Assembly (NCBI GenBank): GCA_004375715.1
Contig: SOKP01000012.1
Coordinates: 1 to 44,685 of the forward strand
From: Promethearchaeota archaeon
Lineage (GTDB): Archaea; Asgardarchaeota; Lokiarchaeia; Sigyniarchaeales; SOKP01
Length of the DNA: 44,685 nucleotides
Reading direction: 5' to 3'
Shown here: positions 1 to 8,283 of the stretch, piece after piece
Numbering within the stretch: position 1 is the first letter of the stretch
How the letters are laid out: each line of letters opens with the position of its first letter
Made by a program: the position numbers and the translations under genes
Notes under the pieces: model-generated
What the model was told of the DNA's origin: nothing
Databases searched by the model: none
Seen by the model: the letters and a program-made list of their open reading frames with translations, nothing else

Positions 1-96
1 GGCTAATTTATAATTGTTAATTCCTTTATAAAATTAACCAAATATCTTTTTTTTTTTATTATAATAAACATAAAAAACCAGAAGTAACTCAAAAAA

Positions 97-2385
97 TCAT
101 TCTTTTATTGGTTGAAATATTCCCTTTTCAATTAAATTAAAAATTGTTTGATAATCTTTAGGGGAAGAGGTGTTTTCTGGTATTAAATAAAGCGAATAGA
201 AATAATTGAAATTATTTTCTTTCATAAAAGTTCGGGCTTTACCAACCATCTCTTTCTCAGACATACTTAGCTTGATCTTAGGGTTTTCTACGATTTTTAA
301 CTGATAAAGAAACGAGACGTTCAAATGTTTTTCTATTAATTCTTTCATTTTGTGGAAGGGTTTCAAAATTCCTGCGAAGTTGTCAATCTCTTTTCCATAT
401 TGATTATAAATATCATAGGCTAAGTCTTCCATTATAAATTTAAAATTAGCAGAAGGATTTTCTTTTAATGTTACAATTAATTTTAAATTAACAAATTCCG
501 TTTGCATTACTATTGAATCCTTATATTCTATATTCAATGTACGAGATTCCTTTGCTGTTTCTGAAATCGTCGATCCAAAGTTACTAATAGCTTGCAGGAA
601 TCCTGAAATTAAGCTAGTATCTATTTTTCTTCCACCAAACGATTGGGAGAATACGTCGATTCCAGATTTCGTATCAATCACGATGATTTCGTTGATTTTT
701 GAAAGATCTGTAAATCGACTCAAGAATTTTTCTAGCTTAGTTCTTTGACGCGAGTGAATCCTCTTGTATGCTATGAATGATACTAATCCTAATACTACCG
801 CTCCAAGAACACTAATTAAAATTATTAAAGGCAACGGAAATTCAGGCGTTGGCGTTGGCGTTGGTTCTGCAATGGAAACCTCAAAAATTTGTGATTGAAC
901 GCCTGCATCTATTTCAGTATCACTAAACCAGAACACATAGGCAGTATAAATTCCTACTAGATCAGACAAGCTAAGGCTGTACGAAAAGGGAGTTGCTGAG
1001 GGGAATGTTATTGTCTGATTCGGTTGAGGTATACCAGCAGGATCAAGTAAAATAAAAATATAGGTTCCAGGTGAAGAACTTAAAGGAAGTAAGAATTCTA
1101 TCTCTTGACCTAAGGTATATTCCGTTTTTTGAACGTTTAAATCAAACGCAATATTAGTAGAATCAGCAACGATCTCCCAGTCTGCTCCAATGGATATTGA
1201 ATCGTTTAAAATAACAATTTTATGGTCTGTTGTATCTACTATGACACCCGATGTAATATCACCCTCATCTCTCAATACGGTTATATTCTCCCAGCTACTG
1301 GGATAATTGAACAAAACGCTATAATTAGTGGGTTGTCTTACGATTGTTGGTTTTACACTCCACTTATTTGTTGTGCCTTCTTGGACTACAATGGAACTTG
1401 GAAAATAATGATTATTAGAAAGAGTTACACAACAACTAACATTAAAAAGCAAACTCTCTGAAGCTTGGTTGTTCACGATAATTTGGTAACTTTCACTTCC
1501 CGGTGAGAAGTCAACTACAGTCTTTCCTAAATATCCTTCTTCTTCGCTCGTAGTATTAGATATCTGATACAACTGATTATTAATGTTGGCAGTCATATTA
1601 ATTTCTTCTGGATAAACCGGGGTCTCTACTTTCTGAATCAATTTATGTAAGTAGGTATGATTCTGTACTCCTGTGCTCCACTGAAAAGTTTCATTGTAAT
1701 AAGAAGTGTATAAACTCGCATCACTGGGATTGATGTTGTTATAATACCACCAAATTCTATCGTCATTAACGGTAAGAACATTTGAACCATTTATTACTAA
1801 AAAGTAATTACCTTCAGACAATAAAATAGGACTGGAAAAGTTTTGTCTATGCCATCCCTCAGTAGTGGACATATTTATTTCCACTGTTGAATAAACTGAG
1901 CCATTAGGTTTATTATTTAGTGCGTCATAACCTCTTATTTGAAAATCTATAATCGTGGGACCTTTTTCTTCTTTTACACCATATAGATCAACCCCAAAAA
2001 TAGTAGTAGGTTCAGTTAATTTGAGTTGTATCCCCAACCCATAATTGCGCGATATGAGGTTTTGATAATAAACACGATCATAATCGCCTGTGTAATTTTG
2101 GCCTTCAATTATTTTTAATTCTTTTCCAAATTTTATATCAGTAAAATTAAGCTCAATATCTTGGATAAACCATGAAGATGATGGTAATGTTATATTTAAG
2201 GAATTTACATTTTGATGAGTTTCATTAAATTTGGAATACTCGTTCATTTCGATATTTGTATTGAACGTGAGGGAGGGTCCAGTGCCGTTTGCGGTAATAA
2301 AATCTACTTTTAAGAATAGAATTAAGAACATAAATAGAACGATCGACATGGCACCAATTCTATTAACAATTCTTGTCTTCTTCAT
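97..2385 (-). CDS. Single-pass membrane protein: N-terminal signal/anchor, large beta-rich extracellular region, Pro-Thr linker, TM helix, cytoplasmic longin/roadblock-like domain (Asgard-type receptor-like protein)
   Basis: 762 aa. Hydrophobic N-terminus (MSIVLFMFLILFL), many N-x-S/T sequons, PTPTPTP linker, TM LPLIILISVLGAVVLGLVSFIAY followed by basic KR. The tail IIVIDTKSGIDVFSQSF...LISGFLQAISNFG is typical of longin-like domains. Clear paralog of 11815..14082. Confidence 0.75.
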   Translation of the reverse strand: MKKTRIVNRIGAMSIVLFMFLILFLKVDFITANGTGPSLTFNTNIEMNEYSKFNETHQNVNSLNITLPSSSWFIQDIELNFTDIKFGKELKIIEGQNYTGDYDRVYYQNLISRNYGLGIQLKLTEPTTIFGVDLYGVKEEKGPTIIDFQIRGYDALNNKPNGSVYSTVEINMSTTEGWHRQNFSSPILLSEGNYFLVINGSNVLTVNDDRIWWYYNNINPSDASLYTSYYNETFQWSTGVQNHTYLHKLIQKVETPVYPEEINMTANINNQLYQISNTTSEEEGYLGKTVVDFSPGSESYQIIVNNQASESLLFNVSCCVTLSNNHYFPSSIVVQEGTTNKWSVKPTIVRQPTNYSVLFNYPSSWENITVLRDEGDITSGVIVDTTDHKIVILNDSISIGADWEIVADSTNIAFDLNVQKTEYTLGQEIEFLLPLSSSPGTYIFILLDPAGIPQPNQTITFPSATPFSYSLSLSDLVGIYTAYVFWFSDTEIDAGVQSQIFEVSIAEPTPTPTPEFPLPLIILISVLGAVVLGLVSFIAYKRIHSRQRTKLEKFLSRFTDLSKINEIIVIDTKSGIDVFSQSFGGRKIDTSLISGFLQAISNFGSTISETAKESRTLNIEYKDSIVMQTEFVNLKLIVTLKENPSANFKFIMEDLAYDIYNQYGKEIDNFAGILKPFHKMKELIEKHLNVSFLYQLKIVENPKIKLSMSEKEMVGKARTFMKENNFNYFYSLYLIPENTSSPKDYQTIFNLIEKGIFQPIKE
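845..862. repeat. (GGCGTT)x3 in-frame microsatellite encoding the Pro-Thr linker
   Basis: ggcgttggcgttggcgtt read directly; encodes the PT repeat on the minus strand just before the TM helix. Confidence 0.85.
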
Positions 2386-2451
2386 AAGATCATTTAATTA
2401 TATAATAATCTTGATAAAAAAGCTTTGTTTATTTTCTATAAATAATTTGAG

Positions 2452-3756
2452 ATGATAGGGAATTATCTTATGGTAACAAAAATAACGAATGGTATGAATG
2501 ATTGGTTTGGGTGGTTTCCGGCATCCATTTTTGAAAATGACACCTGTTTTTTTATCCCAAGCATGGCAAATACTTGTGTTTTTGATACAAAAGAAGGGTT
2601 AGTGATCTTTGATGTTCCAATTAGGCAGTTCGCCCAAAAAACCTTCGATCAAGTAAGGAGTTTTACTAATAAACCTGTTAAATACATTATTTATTCACAT
2701 GGGCATTTTGATCACGCTTTTGGCTATGGTCCTTTTATAGAAGAAATAAGAAAAAAAGGTTGGGACATGCCCGAAGTAATTGCTCACGAGAATTGTATCA
2801 GACGATTTGAGAAATACGAAATTTTGGGAAAATATCACGATTGGATAAATAAGCAACAGTTTGCCTCTGTAAGTGGTAGGGGTCAAGATGCTGTCGTTTC
2901 TGCTCACGAAACATTAAACCCTACCATTATTCTTAAAGGAAATGACTCTTCATATTCGTTTAAATTAGGTGATGTAAATTTCGAAATTTACCACGATATA
3001 GGTGAAACTGACGATTCGATTTGGTTATGGGTCCCTGAAAAGAAGACTATTTGCACAGGCGATTTAATGGTTTCCTCCTTCCCTAATATTGGCAATCCTT
3101 TTAAAGTCCAGAGATATCCTAAAGATTGGGCTATAGCAATGGAAAAAATGAGAGAAAAAAACGCAGAATACTTAGTTCCCGGTCATGGGAGACTTATCGA
3201 AGGCACGGAAAAAGTTAGAGATGCTTTATCAATTACAGGGGAGGTGATGCATTTTGTCCACGATGAAGTGGTAAAAAGGTTAAACGAAGGGAAATGGTTC
3301 GAAGAAATCTACCACGAAATGCTAGAAATTTACCCCGATAAATTCAGGAACCATAATATTTTAAGAGGTATATATGGTTGTTATCGTTTCGCTATACATG
3401 CGACTTACAGGCTTTATCATGGGTGGTATGACAGTGGAAATCCTACTGATCTTTTTCCAGCCAAAACAGATGAAATCGCCCGAGAATTATTAAAAATTAA
3501 TAGTGAAGAAAAATATCTAGAGCATGCCAAAAAGCTCTATTCAGAAGGTAAAAAACAGCTTGCTTTACATATTCTTGATATAGTTGCAAAAGGAACTGAT
3601 GAGAAAAATGGAGAACCTCTAGTTGAAACCTTAGAGTTAAAAGTGAAGATCTTAAAAGAAAAAGTAAATGGTGAGACCTCTTTCATTGCAGGGAACATTA
3701 TCAATAATGCAACTCATCAAATAAAAGAAAGATTGAAAGAATTGAAAAAAAATTAA
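2452..3756 (+). CDS. Metallo-beta-lactamase-fold hydrolase, alkyl/aryl sulfatase (SdsA1/BDS1-like) family
   Basis: HxHxDH motif (SHGHFDH), GETDD, TGD, PNIGNP, PGHG, and alkylsulfatase dimerisation-type YHGWYDSGNPTDL. The true start may be the ATG at 2470. Confidence 0.85.
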   Translation: MIGNYLMVTKITNGMNDWFGWFPASIFENDTCFFIPSMANTCVFDTKEGLVIFDVPIRQFAQKTFDQVRSFTNKPVKYIIYSHGHFDHAFGYGPFIEEIRKKGWDMPEVIAHENCIRRFEKYEILGKYHDWINKQQFASVSGRGQDAVVSAHETLNPTIILKGNDSSYSFKLGDVNFEIYHDIGETDDSIWLWVPEKKTICTGDLMVSSFPNIGNPFKVQRYPKDWAIAMEKMREKNAEYLVPGHGRLIEGTEKVRDALSITGEVMHFVHDEVVKRLNEGKWFEEIYHEMLEIYPDKFRNHNILRGIYGCYRFAIHATYRLYHGWYDSGNPTDLFPAKTDEIARELLKINSEEKYLEHAKKLYSEGKKQLALHILDIVAKGTDEKNGEPLVETLELKVKILKEKVNGETSFIAGNIINNATHQIKERLKELKKN

Positions 3757-3807
3757 ATTAAAATTTTTAACAATAACTAAAGGATAATAGCTACAAATTG
3801 CATTAAT

Positions 3808-5337
3808 TTAGGTACCAGCTATTCTTTTTGGATATCGAGTTTGTGCGCTGAGATTTTCGTGGAGTAGCTTGTTAACCAATTCGAATTTAACCCCGTTGTA
3901 TTGTTCATCGTACCACAAGTTATTCAACTCATCTAAATCATTTTTTCTGTCAAATAGATCTCCATAATCTCTATGACCTTCGTATATAGTTAACTTAAAT
4001 TCCTTTGTTATTAGATGTCTTAATCTCTCGTGCAGAGGTCCAACTTCCTCATCATTCTCAATATAACAACAATCTCGTGGTTGATTGGCAGAATTCTCGG
4101 GGTCTTTTAAAACAGCTGACATATCAAAGCCTTGCATATCTGGTGGTTGTTTTCTTTTTGATATCCCTAAAAGGTTTAGGAGCGTCTTTGGGTAGTCTAT
4201 AGAGCTCATTAAAGCATCTGTTACCGCGGGTTTTGTTATTCCAGGAACTCTCCAAATCATAGGAATCCGAAACACCCCCATATAAGCTGATGGACCTTTA
4301 AAAAGCATTCCATGCTCACCCATTAAATCGCCGTGGTCACTGTTATATACTACGATTGTGTTGTCAGCAAACCCTAATTTTTCTAAAGACGCTAAGATCT
4401 GTCCAATACTAGCGTCAAGTAACGCAACAGTACCATATGTATAAGCTATGAATTTTCTAAGTTCCTCTTCATTTGTCTCTCTTAACATCGCCCCAGGCAT
4501 AACGTTAATATACGGTGCTAGATAGGGGTGGTTCCTCAAATTCTCTAGATCCTTGAAACTTTTTGGCAATTCAACATCTTCAGACTTATACATATTCCTA
4601 TATTTTCCCGGGGGATAAACAGACTGATGAGGGTCGGGAAATGAACAATGTACATAGAATGGTTTATTCCCATAATCTCCATTGGCGTGCCTTTCCAAAA
4701 AAGCGGTAGTACGTTCAGTTACATAAGCGCTCGAATACAAATCGACCGGTAATTCGTGTTCAGAAAACACAGAAAAGAAATTGTCAATATTTTTCCACCT
4801 TTTCCGCATGTTGTCCGCTAGCCTTGGAGATCTTTCCTCTAACCAATCCAAATAATGACCCGCCAAGCAAGCCCCATGCCCTATCACAGTTTCCACTTCT
4901 TGGTACCCATAGTAAGGAATAGGAAAATTCTCTCGTACGGGATACCACCCTTCTTTTTGGAAAACCCAATCGTAAAAAGATTCAGCAGATTTATCGCTGA
5001 TTCTATACGGGGCCGTGTTAAATTGATGATGCAACTTTCCAAAAACTGCTGTGTGCCACCCTCTATCAACTAGCGTTTGAGTAATTGTTGGGACATCTTG
5101 AGAGAGAATCATCCCGTTGCTTCTAACACCATGTACATTAGGGTAATATCCAGTTAACAATGTTGCTCTATTTGGCATACACATAGGGTTTGTACAAAAT
5201 GCGTTCGTAAATCGAACTCCTTCGCTTGCCAATCTATCCAAGTTCGGAGTTTTTAACATTTTATTTCCAGAACAACTCATGTGGTCATATCTATGCTGGT
5301 CGCTAATGATAAATAAAACATTCATTTTTTCTTTCAT
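3808..5337 (-). CDS. Type I (Cys/formylglycine-dependent) sulfatase, paralog 1
   Basis: NVLFIISDQHR, CxPxR signature (CMPNRATLLTG), GKLH, DPH, SDHGD motifs. Confidence 0.93.
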   Translation of the reverse strand: MKEKMNVLFIISDQHRYDHMSCSGNKMLKTPNLDRLASEGVRFTNAFCTNPMCMPNRATLLTGYYPNVHGVRSNGMILSQDVPTITQTLVDRGWHTAVFGKLHHQFNTAPYRISDKSAESFYDWVFQKEGWYPVRENFPIPYYGYQEVETVIGHGACLAGHYLDWLEERSPRLADNMRKRWKNIDNFFSVFSEHELPVDLYSSAYVTERTTAFLERHANGDYGNKPFYVHCSFPDPHQSVYPPGKYRNMYKSEDVELPKSFKDLENLRNHPYLAPYINVMPGAMLRETNEEELRKFIAYTYGTVALLDASIGQILASLEKLGFADNTIVVYNSDHGDLMGEHGMLFKGPSAYMGVFRIPMIWRVPGITKPAVTDALMSSIDYPKTLLNLLGISKRKQPPDMQGFDMSAVLKDPENSANQPRDCCYIENDEEVGPLHERLRHLITKEFKLTIYEGHRDYGDLFDRKNDLDELNNLWYDEQYNGVKFELVNKLLHENLSAQTRYPKRIAGT

Positions 5338-5418
5338 TTTACACCTAAATAAGATTTAAACTAAAGACAATATAAATCTATATCTACTTCTTTCAAAATG
5401 TTTCGATGTTTGACAAAT

Positions 5419-6342
5419 TTAAGTTATAAAGTAAAAAACCAGCGCCAAGGCTCCTAATACGAAAATTACAACTCCAACAGCCCTTCCCATCGTTTTAGCA
5501 GATAATTTTTGGATATATGTAGAGGCAATTATGCCAGATGTAATTGAACCGATTGCTAGATAAAACGAAAGTTTGAAATTTAAAAAGAATCGTCCTTTTA
5601 TAGTAATACCAAAAATTTGATAAAATGAGAAAGTACACAAGCCAATTATCATGCTCAGAATTAGAGCTGTACCAACCCCTTTTTTAAGAGGGTATCCATA
5701 AATTATAACTAGTGCTAATACAAAAACTAATCCAGAACTTGCTCCAAATAACCCTGAATTGATGCCAACAAAAATACCAAACCCAATCGCTAAAATATAG
5801 TACATTCGTGAGCCACGCGATATAAATCCTTTAATAGTATCTGATTCAGATGTTAACTGCTCGTCGATCTTTTTACTTAATTCGGTTAGCTCTTCTTTAC
5901 TTTTTCCTCTTTTTACGGTTTTACTTGCCCAGTTCTGAGCCATTTTTTTAACTGATTCGTATGTAGGAAAACCCCTCTTTAGAAAGAGAGCCCCTAAGAA
6001 CATAATGAAAATTGGAACAAACCACCCGTAAATGGAGCCTAGAGGTGTTGTCATTAAAAAAAAAACACCGAAAAAGGTGGTAACTATGCCAATAATGATT
6101 ATTAAAAATATATCTAATCTTATTTTAAATTGTTTTTTCCTAAAATATCCTATTGATACAGCGGCAGATGTAAGCAAATCATTTAATAGATTTATTGCAA
6201 TAGCTAAAAACACATCCCCAGTGAATAACAGAACAATAGGAAGTACAATTCCTAAGCCAGTTTGACCAATAAAGCTTATGCTTATTCCTACGAGAGCACC
6301 TATAGATATTAAAATTGCGATTTGATATATTTCCAAAGCCAT
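5419..6342 (-). CDS. TSUP (TauE/SafE) family sulfur-anion transporter
   Basis: About 8 TM helices in two halves, each opening with a Gly-rich motif (GISISFIGQTGLGIVLP; GINSGLFGASSGLVFV), plus KKGVGTAL. Lies between two sulfatases. Confidence 0.75.
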   Translation of the reverse strand: MALEIYQIAILISIGALVGISISFIGQTGLGIVLPIVLLFTGDVFLAIAINLLNDLLTSAAVSIGYFRKKQFKIRLDIFLIIIIGIVTTFFGVFFLMTTPLGSIYGWFVPIFIMFLGALFLKRGFPTYESVKKMAQNWASKTVKRGKSKEELTELSKKIDEQLTSESDTIKGFISRGSRMYYILAIGFGIFVGINSGLFGASSGLVFVLALVIIYGYPLKKGVGTALILSMIIGLCTFSFYQIFGITIKGRFFLNFKLSFYLAIGSITSGIIASTYIQKLSAKTMGRAVGVVIFVLGALALVFYFIT

Positions 6343-6387
6343 TTTTTATTCACATTTGAATTCTTATTTATAAATTTTCATTTTTTT

Positions 6388-7911
6388 TTAAGTTGCAGCA
6401 ACTCTCTTAGGAAATTTGGATTGTGCCTTAAGGTTTTCCTGTAATAATTTATTTACAAGCTTAAATTTTTTATCTCGAAAGTCTTTTTTATCCCATAAAT
6501 TATTTAATTCATGAGGGTCGTTTTTGCGATCGTAAATATCGCCAAAATTATCTAACCCTTCGTAAACAGTTAGCTTATAATCTTCAGTAATTAAATGCCT
6601 TATCCGAGCGTCTAGAGGACCGACCTCTTCGTCGTTCTCTATTAAAACGCAATCTCGTAATTTCTTTGCTGGATTTTCTAAGACTTGTGACATGTCAAAA
6701 CCTTGCATATAAGGTGGGTGGTGTCGCTCTTTTACATTTAAAAGGTTAAGAATCGTTTTAGGAAGATCGATAGTACTAACTAAAGATTGAGACACTCCTG
6801 ACTTTGTTAATCCGGGGACTTTCCAAATTAAAGGGATGTGACAAGGTCCTACGAAAGGACATGGCCCTTTGAATAATAGCCCATGATCGCCCATTAAATC
6901 GCCGTGATCACTGGTAAAAATTACCATTGTATTTTCTGAATACCCCAACTTTTCTAAAGTCGCTAGTATTTTACCTACGCTATAATCTACGTACGCAATA
7001 GCTGCGTATGTTAAAGCGGTAATCTTGCGAACTTCCTCTTCCGTAGATTCTCGTAAGAAAGCTTTTTTAAAGGGCGGATTTTTTAAATGATATCCTAAAT
7101 ATTCATGGTGATATAAATTCTTAGCATCTTGAAAACTTGCGGGGAGTTCTATATCTTCTGGTTTATACAAGTCTTGAAATCTTTTAGGCGGATATAGAGG
7201 ATAATGTGGATCTGGAAAAGAACAATGCAAATAAAACGGTTTTTCTCCATATTCGCCCTTGGCATGTCTTTCGAGGAAAGCAATTGTTCGTTCTTGAACA
7301 TAGGTAGTGTTGTATAAATCTTCTGGTATTCCTTCGCAATATAAACTAAAAAGATTGTCGTAATTCTGAACTCTTTTTTTCATTTCCTCTGCAATTTTAG
7401 GGGCTCTTTCTTCCAACCATTCTGTATAATGGCCAGCGCACACAGTACCATTTCCTGAAATCACTTCCACTTCGTCGTAACCATAATAGGGGAGGGGAAA
7501 ATTCTTGCCTACAGGATCGTTTTTACCTTTATCTACCGCCCAACTAAACAAACTCTCGGCAGATTTCGTTTTTTGCTTAAAAGGGCCTAACCAAAATTGG
7601 TGGTGTATTTTTCCAATAGCAGCAGTATGCCACCCTCTCTTTCTAAGCGTTTTTGTAATGGTAGGGGTATTTTCGGGTAAATTAATTCCGTTGCTTCTAA
7701 CGCCATGCACATTTGGATATAATCCTGTGAGTAAAGTTGCTCTGTTAGGCATGCAAATTGGATTAGTACAATAATAATTAGTAAACCTCACACCCTCACT
7801 TGCTAACCTATCGAGGTTTGGAGTTTTTAGGATGGGATTTCCTGCACAGCCTAAATGATCGGCCCGTTGAGCGTCAGTAATAATAAATAAAACATTCATT
7901 TTTTCTTTCAT
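6388..7911 (-). CDS. Type I (Cys/formylglycine-dependent) sulfatase, paralog 2
   Basis: CMPNRATLLTG, GKIH, DPH, SDHGD. Collinear with 3808..5337 and shares its MKEKMNVLFII start. Confidence 0.93.
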   Translation of the reverse strand: MKEKMNVLFIITDAQRADHLGCAGNPILKTPNLDRLASEGVRFTNYYCTNPICMPNRATLLTGLYPNVHGVRSNGINLPENTPTITKTLRKRGWHTAAIGKIHHQFWLGPFKQKTKSAESLFSWAVDKGKNDPVGKNFPLPYYGYDEVEVISGNGTVCAGHYTEWLEERAPKIAEEMKKRVQNYDNLFSLYCEGIPEDLYNTTYVQERTIAFLERHAKGEYGEKPFYLHCSFPDPHYPLYPPKRFQDLYKPEDIELPASFQDAKNLYHHEYLGYHLKNPPFKKAFLRESTEEEVRKITALTYAAIAYVDYSVGKILATLEKLGYSENTMVIFTSDHGDLMGDHGLLFKGPCPFVGPCHIPLIWKVPGLTKSGVSQSLVSTIDLPKTILNLLNVKERHHPPYMQGFDMSQVLENPAKKLRDCVLIENDEEVGPLDARIRHLITEDYKLTVYEGLDNFGDIYDRKNDPHELNNLWDKKDFRDKKFKLVNKLLQENLKAQSKFPKRVAAT

Positions 7912-8037
7912 AATCCTAAAAAATCTAATCTTACTTGTTAGTTAAAATTAAAGTCTATTTTATGATTTCATTTTTGATGTTAGAAAATATAAAGGTTCAT
8001 GTAGATATTAGTACTTACACCAATAGCTTTTGGCAAG

Positions 8038-8046
8038 TTTTATAAG
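8038..8046 (+). promoter_or_regulatory. Candidate archaeal TATA box for the leu leader transcript
   Basis: TTTTATAAG about 50 nt upstream of the leader ATG (8095), fitting a transcription start near 8065-8072. The AT-rich background lowers specificity. Confidence 0.45.
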
Positions 8047-8094
8047 TGTCCTATAATTCACTTTTTAATACATAATTAAAGGGATTTAAAAGTA

Positions 8095-8193
8095 ATGCTG
8101 CTTCAAAAAACGACTAGAATTGAATCTAGGAATTCATTTAAGCAATTTTATCCCTTTTTATTATTATTAAATCTTCTCTTATTATTACTATAA
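8095..8193 (+). CDS. Leucine-rich leader peptide (LeuL-like uORF), 32 aa: MLLQKTTRIESRNSFKQFYPFLLLLNLLLLLL*
   Basis: Translated by hand: ATG 8095 to TAA 8191-8193. The last 11 codons are TTA TTA TTA TTA AAT CTT CTC TTA TTA TTA CTA. Purine-rich AAAGGGA lies upstream. Ends 90 nt before leuA on the same strand. Confidence 0.75.
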   Translation: MLLQKTTRIESRNSFKQFYPFLLLLNLLLLLL

Positions 8194-8251
8194 TACCCCT
8201 CTCTTCTATTAGAAGGAAGGAGATATCTTTCTCTTTAGGGGGGGTTGTATA
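8189..8251 (+). promoter_or_regulatory. Putative attenuator RNA with alternative stems between the leader stop and leuA
   Basis: ACCCCTCT (8195-8202) can pair with GGGGGGGT (8238-8245). GAAGGAAGGA (8212-8221) can pair with TCTTTCTCTTT (8226-8236). Alternatively, CTTCT (8203-8207) can pair with AGAAG (8211-8215). Confidence 0.6.
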
Positions 8252-8283
8252 AAAAACGATAAATTTAATATAGGTAAAGAAAA

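Noticed and set aside
8189-8251. Structured element considered as a tRNA, T-box or bacterial intrinsic terminator
   Set aside because: No cloverleaf or TTCGA arm, no T-box consensus, and an A-run rather than a U-run follows the stem. Kept only as a candidate attenuator.
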